From positions 677,855 to 741,854 of the forward strand of contig JBEKIW010000001.1 in NCBI GenBank assembly GCA_050011565.1: DNA of 64,000 bases, written 5' to 3'. Below the pieces are notes generated by a model that searched no databases, was not told the origin of the DNA, and saw only the letters and a list, made by a program, of their open reading frames with translations. The DNA is from Dehalococcoidia bacterium. GTDB lineage: Bacteria; Chloroflexota; Dehalococcoidia; GIF9; UBA5629. This document shows, piece by piece, positions 56,313 through 64,000 of the stretch; position 1 is the first letter of the stretch, and each line of letters begins with the position of its first letter. The translations under genes and the position numbers were made by a program.

Positions 56313-57179
56313 TTACCCAAATCGGCCTGTAATGTAATCCTCGGTGCGTTTGTCTTTTGGATTCGTGAACAGTTGAGAAGTTTGCCCGTACTCCACGAGC
56401 ACCCCGGCTCTGTCCGAGTCAGTCATGAGAAAGGCAGCTATGTCTGAGACTCTTGCGGCCTGTTGCATATTGTGGGTAACTATAACGATAGTATATTGTT
56501 TAGCCAAGCTTCTCATCAACTCCTCAATTTTAAGGGTAGCTGCCGGGTCTAGTGCGCTGCAGGGCTCATCCAGCAATATTATCTCTGGCTCTACGGCTAA
56601 AGCACGGGCGATACACAGGCGCTGCTGTTGCCCGCCTGAAAGAGAAGCCCCGGACTGATTAAGTTTGTCTTTTACCTCATCCCACAGCGCTGCTTGCCGT
56701 AGACTGCCTTCCACAATCTCTGCCAGTTCCCATCTACGGGTCCAGAGCCGTGTTAGCCTGAGGCCCGCTGCCACATTGTCGAAAACTGACATCGTAGGGA
56801 AAGGAGTTGGCTTCTGGAAGACCATGCCGATGCGCTGCCGGAGTATGACAGGGTCAACGTCCCTGGCGTAGATATCTTTTCCGTCCAGCAAGACGCAGCC
56901 CTCTACTCGTCCGCCATGCGAGACTTCGTGCAGCCGGTTGAGACAGCGAATGAAGGTGGACTTTCCGCAGCCAGAAGGGCCGATGATAGCAGTGATTAGC
57001 TGCGACTTGATACTCATGCCGATGTGTTTGATGGCAAGCGTGTTTCCATACCATGCACTCAAGTCCTGGACCTCAAGAATGCCTTTCTTGCCTTCAAAAC
57101 CGGCGATATATTCTTTTGGCTCGCACTGCGTTTTGTCGTTGACCAAGTTATTCACAATGGTCATTTTTCTTCCTTTCAT
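56313..57179 (-). CDS. pstB: Phosphate ABC transporter ATPase
   Basis: [50 protein letters not shown]. Confidence 0.97.
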   Translation of the reverse strand: MKGRKMTIVNNLVNDKTQCEPKEYIAGFEGKKGILEVQDLSAWYGNTLAIKHIGMSIKSQLITAIIGPSGCGKSTFIRCLNRLHEVSHGGRVEGCVLLDGKDIYARDVDPVILRQRIGMVFQKPTPFPTMSVFDNVAAGLRLTRLWTRRWELAEIVEGSLRQAALWDEVKDKLNQSGASLSGGQQQRLCIARALAVEPEIILLDEPCSALDPAATLKIEELMRSLAKQYTIVIVTHNMQQAARVSDIAAFLMTDSDRAGVLVEYGQTSQLFTNPKDKRTEDYITGRFG

Positions 57180-57195
57180 ATATTTTCATGACGGG

Positions 57196-58038
57196 TTAAA
57201 TACGCCTCCGATTGCTAATCCAGCGCACCAGAACGCTTATACCGAGAACCAGCATTATCAGGACGAAAGCTCCTGCCCAGGCCTGTTGGTGCCAGTCCGG
57301 ATAAGGCGACATAGCGTAGCGAAATATCTGTAGCGGTAGTGCCCCGATAGGCTTAAGGAGACCCTGGAAGCCAAAGGAGCTGCCCAGTGCTGTGAATATG
57401 AGCGGAGCGGTTTCTCCGGCAATGCGAGCAATGGCAAGCATTATTCCAGTAACAATCCCGGTGATGGCGCCGGGTATGATTACCCCTACCACTGCCCGCC
57501 ACCGAGTGATGCCCAAAGCCAGTGCTGCCTCTCGCATTGAATTCGGCACCAGACGCAATGACTCCTCGGCTGTCCGGGCGACAATAGGAACTATGATGAT
57601 AGCAAGTGCCACACCTGCGGATAGTGCGGAGTAGGAGTGCATCGGCCGGACCATGATAGCGTAGGCGAATACGCCGACAACAATTGAGGGCACACCGGCA
57701 AGAATATCAGCCATGAATCGAACTGCAGACGCCGCCCTCGGGCTGGCGAATTCGGCCAGGAAAATACCCGCCATCAGTCCAACCGGCAGACCGAATACTG
57801 AAGCCAGTACTATTAGGATAATGGTGCCGAGAATTTCATTGCGCATCCCTCCTCCGGCTTCGCCAACCGGCTTGGCCGCCTGAGTAAGAAAATCCAGGTT
57901 GAGAAAGGCGATGCCGTGCACAACTATATAACCCAGGATAAGGGCTAGAATCAGAACACCGAACCCCGCGGCAGCACTGCTCAGACCAAGCATAAGTCGG
58001 TTAAGCCATTTACGTCGCAAGTAATCAGTTTTATACAT
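57196..58038 (-). CDS. pstA: Phosphate ABC transporter permease
   Basis: LAGVPSIVVG, REAALALG, RIAGETAPL. Confidence 0.95.
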   Translation of the reverse strand: MYKTDYLRRKWLNRLMLGLSSAAAGFGVLILALILGYIVVHGIAFLNLDFLTQAAKPVGEAGGGMRNEILGTIILIVLASVFGLPVGLMAGIFLAEFASPRAASAVRFMADILAGVPSIVVGVFAYAIMVRPMHSYSALSAGVALAIIIVPIVARTAEESLRLVPNSMREAALALGITRWRAVVGVIIPGAITGIVTGIMLAIARIAGETAPLIFTALGSSFGFQGLLKPIGALPLQIFRYAMSPYPDWHQQAWAGAFVLIMLVLGISVLVRWISNRRRI

Positions 58039-58041
58039 TGG

Positions 58042-59094
58042 TCATTCTATGGGCGCCTTCACTGCCGTCATGCGCCATATCAGCAGGCGAGCCACAATGT
58101 TGATCAGCAGCGTGACAGCGAAAAGTACGAGCGCCAATTCCACCAGACTTCCGATGAAAACGCCACCGGTAGCCTCACTGAACTCGCTGGCTATCTTGCT
58201 GGCAATGGTGGCACCGGGCGAGAAAAGAGAGGCTGTCAGTGCATAAGAGTTTCCAATGACCATAGTTATCGCCATTGTCTCGCCAAGGGCACGACCTAGC
58301 CCCAGGATGACTGCACCAACTAAGCCCGAGCGGCAATAGGGGAGAACTGCTCGTCGAATCGTTTCCCAGGGCGTTGCTCCCAGAGCCATCATTGCTTCAC
58401 GCTGGCTATCGGGGACGGCCCGTATTGCATCCCGGCTAACTGCCGTAATGATTGGGATAACCATGATAGCGAGAATGATTCCCGCAGCAAGAAAGCCCAC
58501 ACCGAACGGTGGTCCCTGGAACAAAGGCAGAAATCCCAGCTTACTTCCCAGCCAGCTTTCAACCGGACTTCGCACTAATGGCACCAAAACGAATAGACCC
58601 CACAATCCGATAATTACACTGGGTATGGCGGCTAGCATCTCGATAAGGAAGGAAGCTGTCCCTTTCAGCCATGATGGTGCCATTTCAACCAGAAAAATGG
58701 CCGCCCCCAGGCTTATCGGTACGGCAATAACCAGCCCAATTAGAGAGCTGAGCAGAGTGCCGTAAATAGCCGGCAAAGCTCCGAACTGCTCTTTGACTGG
58801 GTCCCATGATGAGCTGCCAAGAAATGAAAGCCCGAACTTGCTAATGGCTGGTATGGCATCTATGTTCAGGATGACTACGAAGCCGAACAGAATCCCTACT
58901 ATTACCAGGGCAAAAATGAGTGTTAGATTGGAGAAGATTCGGTCACCGAAACGCTGTGGGCGACCCGATGTCCAACCTCTCACCCGTCCGGGCGACGCCG
59001 TTTCCGGTTCAATGTGCTTCACATTCTCAAGGCCTCCCCACAACTTTTCAAAAGCGGCAAAATGCAGGAGAGGTTCCCCCCCTGCATTCATCAA
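58042..59094 (-). CDS. pstC: Phosphate ABC transporter permease (start uncertain)
   Basis: WDP...FG, LAAIPSVIIGLWG, GRALGETMA. Confidence 0.95.
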   Translation of the reverse strand: MMNAGGEPLLHFAAFEKLWGGLENVKHIEPETASPGRVRGWTSGRPQRFGDRIFSNLTLIFALVIVGILFGFVVILNIDAIPAISKFGLSFLGSSSWDPVKEQFGALPAIYGTLLSSLIGLVIAVPISLGAAIFLVEMAPSWLKGTASFLIEMLAAIPSVIIGLWGLFVLVPLVRSPVESWLGSKLGFLPLFQGPPFGVGFLAAGIILAIMVIPIITAVSRDAIRAVPDSQREAMMALGATPWETIRRAVLPYCRSGLVGAVILGLGRALGETMAITMVIGNSYALTASLFSPGATIASKIASEFSEATGGVFIGSLVELALVLFAVTLLINIVARLLIWRMTAVKAPIE

Positions 59095-59117
59095 ACTTAT
59101 GGTGCTGTCTTTACTTT

Positions 59118-60242
59118 CTAGCGACGTAGCAAGGGTTGCTCCTGATATTTGATGGATAGTATCTCATTTTCCGCCTTAGTTACTGTTCCACCTGCCAGGG
59201 GGGCATAACTAAGCGCTGCGGTGTACTGCTGTCCATCATGTATCGCCCACCATAGCATGTTAACCAGTGCTTCACCTTTGGCTTTATCTGTCTGGTTTAC
59301 ATATACCAGCATCCAGGTGAACCCTACGATTGAGTAAGCATCCGGGTTGGCTGAGTTGGTTAGCATCACTTTCATGTCGTCCGGCAGAGTCACGCCCTCG
59401 GCTGCCCTGGTAGTAGACGCCAGCGAAGGTGTGATGTAGTTACCCGCAGCGTTCTTCAGGGTAGCATAGGTAATATTGTTTTGTAGTGCATAGGCCAACT
59501 CGACGTACCCTATGGAGCCAGGTATTTGCTGCACCTGACCGGCGACGCCGGCATTGCCCTGACCACCGATATCACCGGGCCAGTTCACCGAGGTAGCATT
59601 GCCAACTTTGGTCTTCCACTCATCGCTTATCTTAGACAGGTAGTTGGTGAAGATATAAGTGGTGCCGGAACCGTCAGAGCGATGTACGACTGCTATTGCC
59701 GTATCAGGCAGTGTCAGGTCGGGGTTGAGAGCGACTATTCTCGGGTCGTTCCATTTGGCTATCTTCTTCAGGTAGATGTCCGCCAGGACATCAGGGGTAA
59801 GTTTAATGCCAGAACTTACTCCAGGCAAGTTATAGACTATTGCCTCTGACCCACTGGTCATGGGTATGTGCAGAATAGGGCCATGCGCCGGCTCCGCTTT
59901 CGCAAGCTGTTCGGCGGTCATGATGCCGTCACTAGCGCCAAAGTCGACGGTACCTTCCGTAATCTGGCTTATGCCGCCTCCGGAACCGATCGACTGGTAG
60001 TTCACTTTTACCCCGGTGATCTTGTAATACTCATCAAACCATTTAGAGTATAAGGGGTAAGGGAAAGTAGCTCCGGCACCGTTGAGATTGACCGCTGCCG
60101 TTGGTGTTGGGGCGGGTATAGTTGCTGTTGATGAGCAGCCAACCAGGACAATGCTTGCCAAAAGCAAGATTGATACTATTGGTACAGCCCCTTTTTTTGT
60201 TAGTTTTGTCATAAACTTTTTTACTCCTTGTCTCATTTTCAT
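59118..60242 (-). CDS. pstS: Phosphate-binding lipoprotein
   Basis: Lipobox LVGC, GAGATFPYP, YQSIGSGGG, DFGASD, RSDGSGTT. Confidence 0.96.
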   Translation of the reverse strand: MKMRQGVKKFMTKLTKKGAVPIVSILLLASIVLVGCSSTATIPAPTPTAAVNLNGAGATFPYPLYSKWFDEYYKITGVKVNYQSIGSGGGISQITEGTVDFGASDGIMTAEQLAKAEPAHGPILHIPMTSGSEAIVYNLPGVSSGIKLTPDVLADIYLKKIAKWNDPRIVALNPDLTLPDTAIAVVHRSDGSGTTYIFTNYLSKISDEWKTKVGNATSVNWPGDIGGQGNAGVAGQVQQIPGSIGYVELAYALQNNITYATLKNAAGNYITPSLASTTRAAEGVTLPDDMKVMLTNSANPDAYSIVGFTWMLVYVNQTDKAKGEALVNMLWWAIHDGQQYTAALSYAPLAGGTVTKAENEILSIKYQEQPLLRR

Positions 60243-60482
60243 TATTTCTTTTTACTTGTCTGTCATTCCCTCTGGTCATGGGCTGACGTCATTTGTGTGA
60301 CCTTATTACCTTGTTAGATTAACTCCTTATTTTCATTCTACCGATATCGTTTCTATGTTGTCTTCAGTTGCATCTTTAGCTGCATTGGCCGTACCTTCAC
60401 AAATCTCGGTTTCTGCTCCCGCATTGAATATGAGCGCGGCTTACGAGTCGCAGGTCCATTGCAGGGGTAAAGAGCTTCATTG

Positions 60483-60923
60483 TCATATCGCTGTCGCCAC
60501 ATTTTCACCTCTTTTTCCTATAATTTCCTGTATCAGTTTCTTCACTTTAGCCTCGATTTCATCTCTGATTTCCCTTACCTTCTCGATAGATTTGCCCTCC
60601 GGGTCCTCTAAATGCCAGTCTTCGCTGGGGACAAAGGTAACAGGGCAAACGCCTTCCACTCCACAGCCCATGGTGACTGCCTTATCAACACCTTCCATCA
60701 TTTCAGGTGTCAGCATTTTAGGACGATTCGAACTGATGTCTATGCCTAACTCTTTCATAGCTTCCACCACTGTACGGTCGACATGGCTTGCCGGTTGGAT
60801 TCCTGCGGATATAGCTGTGGCTTTCCCGGAAGCGTAATGGTTAAAAAATGCCTCCGCCATCTGGCTTCTACCCGAATTGTGGACACAGACAAACAAAACC
60901 TTTTTCATCCTATTACAAGACAA
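60483..60923 (-). CDS. arsC: Arsenate reductase, LMW-PTP family (start probably 60908)
   Basis: CVHNSGRSQMAE, TMGC...CP, W.LEDP. Confidence 0.9.
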   Translation of the reverse strand: MSCNRMKKVLFVCVHNSGRSQMAEAFFNHYASGKATAISAGIQPASHVDRTVVEAMKELGIDISSNRPKMLTPEMMEGVDKAVTMGCGVEGVCPVTFVPSEDWHLEDPEGKSIEKVREIRDEIEAKVKKLIQEIIGKRGENVATAI

Positions 60924-60969
60924 AATGCTCTAAACAATACGATCAACTATAGATAGGATAACAGGCGGA

Positions 60970-61008
60970 GTTTAATGGCGGTTTAAGGTATTGTTAAGGA
61001 TTTGTTAA
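60970..61008 (-). promoter_or_regulatory. Pho box: four 11-bp-periodic repeats upstream of arsC
   Basis: Minus strand TTAACA-N5-TTAACA-N5-TTAAAC-N5-TTAAAC, resembling the Bacillus PhoP TT(A/T/C)ACA-N5 consensus. Confidence 0.7.
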
Positions 61009-61012
61009 ATTT

Positions 61013-62791
61013 TTACTGATGATTTTGGGGATTTGGCCAGAGAGGAAGGCTGAAACTGAAGGTAGATCCTTTGCCCTCTTCACTTTCAACCCAGATGTTG
61101 CCACCATGAGTCTGTACTGTATGCTTGGCGATGGCCAGCCCAAGCCCGGTCCCGCTAGTTGAGCGGGATTTATCCGCCTTGAAGAAGCGCTCGAAGATAT
61201 GAGGCAAATCATCTTTTGAGATTCCTATGCCAGTATCAGATACCCGGGCCATGACTGACTCCCCGCTATGCTTGGTAGAGATTACTACCCGACCACCCGA
61301 AGGGGTGAATTTAATAGCATTGTGCACGATATTCACTATCACCTGCTGGATTCGCTCCTTATCGGCTTGAACAAGTGGCAAATCGGAAGAAAGCTCCGTC
61401 GAAAGCGATACTTGCTGTCTTTCTGCCTGAGGACTTAACCTGGTAGCGACCTCTTCTATGAGTGAATTAATATTCACCGGCTCCAGCTTAAGTTTGATTG
61501 TGCCAGTCTCAATGCGTGATAGCTCTGTCAGTTCGGCTACCATCTGCGTCATCCCGTCTACTTCAACGTCAAGCCTGTTCAAGAAGTTCATGGCAGCTTT
61601 TTTGTCATCGATAGCGCCATCCCGTAGCGTGTCAACTATTGCCTTTATTGCCGCGAGCGGTGTCCTTAGCTCGTGAGATACATTGCCCACAAATTCCCGC
61701 CGCATTGTTTGCAGGCTTCGCAGTTCGGTGAGGTCTTGAAACAGGACTAATGCCCCTGATAACTTACCGGTTGTTATCGGGGTGGCGATAACCCTGAGGA
61801 AACGGCCTGTCACGGAATCTAGCTGGGCGGATTGCTCACTGGCTGTATTGATGCATTTCTTGACCACGTCGTCTATTTCGTAATCATGGACAGCTTCTAT
61901 TAGTGGACGACCTATCGCTTTCGCTTCTTCGAAGTTGAAGAGCCGCTCGGCTGCCGGGTTAACTAAGGCAACATTTCCTTCAGAATCCGTCATCACAACA
62001 CCGTCAGTTATGCTGGAGAGAACAGTTACCAGTTTGCTTCTTTCATCTACTATTGTTGCCATCGTGTTCTTCAGGTTCGAGGACATCTTATTGAAGGCAC
62101 GGCCGAGCCGTCCTATCTCGTCGTTGGTCTGTATTGGAATCTGCTGATCTAGCTTTCCCGAGGCAATTCCTTCAGCCGCTTTTGTGATTTGTCTTACAGG
62201 TCGGGTTATCATTCTGGCGATGAGCGCCGCAGCTATAATAACCAGCAAGGTGGTTATCGCTATCGCCCAGGCAATAGTCATAGCTGCACTATTTACCGCG
62301 CTTTCCACCGCTGTTAGCGGGAGAGCCACTCTAGCTATTCCCAGGACTTCACCCTGATTTGTTACGAGCACAGCAACGTACATCATGTTCTCATGAAGGG
62401 TAGCGCTGTAGCGAGTCGCCTGCCCCATGCCGGAAGCTAGCGCCTCTACTACCTCAGGGCGGGTGGCGTGATTTTCCATAGTAAGCGGGTCCTGGTCAGT
62501 ATCACCTAGGACAGTGCCATTTTTGGCGATCAGTGTTATCCTGGCTTGAATCTCTTTGCCGGTTGTCTTGGCAATACTATCAAGGTCAGTTTGTCTGCCC
62601 GGGTCCACAAAACTCGGCTTGCTGATATCAGCAACGAGCCTGGCTTCATTCGTTAGTTGAGTCTCCAGGTGGTTAATCTGAGTATTCCTGGTAGAATCAA
62701 CCATGTAGAACCCCAAAATACTCATGCCGACCAAGACAATCAGTGTAAAAGGAATCGTGATTTTCCAGTAAATACTGTGAGACACCTTCAT
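61013..62791 (-). CDS. phoR: Phosphate-regulon sensor kinase
   Basis: [43 protein letters not shown]; next to pst. Confidence 0.9.
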   Translation of the reverse strand: MKVSHSIYWKITIPFTLIVLVGMSILGFYMVDSTRNTQINHLETQLTNEARLVADISKPSFVDPGRQTDLDSIAKTTGKEIQARITLIAKNGTVLGDTDQDPLTMENHATRPEVVEALASGMGQATRYSATLHENMMYVAVLVTNQGEVLGIARVALPLTAVESAVNSAAMTIAWAIAITTLLVIIAAALIARMITRPVRQITKAAEGIASGKLDQQIPIQTNDEIGRLGRAFNKMSSNLKNTMATIVDERSKLVTVLSSITDGVVMTDSEGNVALVNPAAERLFNFEEAKAIGRPLIEAVHDYEIDDVVKKCINTASEQSAQLDSVTGRFLRVIATPITTGKLSGALVLFQDLTELRSLQTMRREFVGNVSHELRTPLAAIKAIVDTLRDGAIDDKKAAMNFLNRLDVEVDGMTQMVAELTELSRIETGTIKLKLEPVNINSLIEEVATRLSPQAERQQVSLSTELSSDLPLVQADKERIQQVIVNIVHNAIKFTPSGGRVVISTKHSGESVMARVSDTGIGISKDDLPHIFERFFKADKSRSTSGTGLGLAIAKHTVQTHGGNIWVESEEGKGSTFSFSLPLWPNPQNHQ

Positions 62792-63480
62792 CCCTCTAGC
62801 TTGTACCCCACGCCTCTGACGGTCACCAGGCGCTTGGGCTCCTCTGGATTATCCTCTATCTTCTCCCGAAGCCACCGTACGTGGACATCTACAGTGCGAG
62901 TATCTCCAGAGTAATCGTAACCCCATACCTTTTCTAGAAGTTGGTCCCGGCTAAAGACAAGGCTTTCATTCCTAGCTAGGAACGTAAGCAGATCAAACTC
63001 CTTTGGCGTGAGACTTAGTATATTGCCACCTTTGGTGACTGCGTGACGTCGGATATCGACTTCAATGTCACCAAACTTGAGTTGGTTTTCAGCAGCGAGC
63101 TTTGGTGCCTGCATTTCCGCTCTCCGAAACATGGCACGTACGCGCGCAAGTAACTCTCTCATGCTAAAGGGTTTGGTCATGTAATCGTCGGCTCCCAAAT
63201 CAAGGCCCGCTATCTTGTCTATCTCGTCATCCTTGGCGGTAAGCATGAGGATTGGCACCGTCATCTCCTTGCGCAAAATGCGACATACTTCAAAGCCACT
63301 CATTTTAGGCAGCATTATATCCAGGATGATTAAGTCTGGTTTTTCTTTCCGCGCAGCCTCCAATGCGTGGGCACCATCAGTGGCAGTGACCACATTGTAG
63401 CCTTCTTTAGCAAGATTGTATTCGAGAACACTAAGTAGGGTTTGGTCATCTTCAACGATAAGGACTTTGCTATCAGCCAT
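62788..63480 (-). CDS. phoB: OmpR-family response regulator PhoB/PhoP
   Basis: REC plus wHTH LTPKEF, TRTVDVH..WLREKIE, TVRGVGY; coupled to phoR. Confidence 0.88.
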   Translation of the reverse strand: MADSKVLIVEDDQTLLSVLEYNLAKEGYNVVTATDGAHALEAARKEKPDLIILDIMLPKMSGFEVCRILRKEMTVPILMLTAKDDEIDKIAGLDLGADDYMTKPFSMRELLARVRAMFRRAEMQAPKLAAENQLKFGDIEVDIRRHAVTKGGNILSLTPKEFDLLTFLARNESLVFSRDQLLEKVWGYDYSGDTRTVDVHVRWLREKIEDNPEEPKRLVTVRGVGYKLEG

Positions 63481-63648
63481 CCACTATAGTATAAGACCAA
63501 TAGGATAACTCATCAAATGGCTATTCTGCATACACGGTATCTTCGGGGAGAATACAGGTGAGAGGGTACTATGTGGCACGGACTAGACCTTGACAATCAA
63601 ACTAAACGCTAAATCGTGCAATAAGTTAAGACAGAATTGCCTGCCTAT

Positions 63649-64000
63649 TTATCGAATCCGGGGGGATAGCGAAATGATTGCGATACCCACCAAAAACAAA
63701 AGAAGTACGTTGACAGCACCTTGTTCATTCGCTACCGCTAATGTATAGAGTGGAAGCAGGAAAAAGAAATCAAAAGCGGGCACGCTGAGAATCAAGACCA
63801 TTATAGATGGACCAATTCCCAGGTAAAAGGCAGATATAACAACACACAGAAGATAGAGCATGTCCATATTGCCGGGGTCAAAATAAGGAATGGTTTTCAA
63901 TAGTTCGCCAATAATAGTGGCTCCAAATACTAGCCCTATGCCTATTAGATATGCCTTCCAGCGGCCAGACCTCTGTTTTCGCAAAATTTTCTCTTGTCTT
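63649..64000 (-). CDS. DUF4118 (KdpD transmembrane-domain-like) membrane protein; frame open to the window end
   Basis: N.DMLYLL.VV.SA...G..P......S...FDFFF..P. Confidence 0.7.
   Translation of the reverse strand, partial: RQEKILRKQRSGRWKAYLIGIGLVFGATIIGELLKTIPYFDPGNMDMLYLLCVVISAFYLGIGPSIMVLILSVPAFDFFFLLPLYTLAVANEQGAVNVLLLFLVGIAIISLSPRIR

Overview
Bacterial chromosomal window. Gene content and order suggest Dehalococcoidia (Chloroflexota); this is an inference from remembered gene families. The core blocks are lexA, iorAB with an FrhB-like gene, nadB, miaB, ybeY, gmk, aroA, tyrA, cooC-pgk-apgM-tpiA-miaA-dapF-dapL-hflX, trxB, pepA, rnc and five tRNAs (Ser-GCT, CAT probably Ile2, Arg-TCT, Gln-CTG, Glu-CTC). 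Four accessory regions interrupt them. (1) At 3-6 kb, a 2.9-kb cargo cassette lies between two promoter-preceded copies of a tRNA-Pro 3' half. (2) At 26.6-32.9 kb, a XerD/XerC-like recombinase pair (the second has lost its catalytic Tyr by a 1-bp frameshift) is interleaved with nuclease-like ORFs and followed by a two-gene signalling module bounded by dif-like half sites. (3) An ~8.75-kb phage-satellite-like element is integrated in tRNA-Glu with a 20-bp att duplication. It encodes an integrase, Xis, Rep with iterons, an HK97-fold capsid protein, a 51-aa mini small-terminase-like ORF beside a cos-like region, a tail chaperone and a short tape-measure protein, but no portal, TerL, protease or tail tube. 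This is the most interesting object in the window. (4) A large serine recombinase ends inside the att repeat and is followed by glgC and a phoB-phoR-arsC-pstSCAB-phoU phosphate module with 11-bp-periodic boxes. All functional calls come from motif recognition by eye; no database searches were run.
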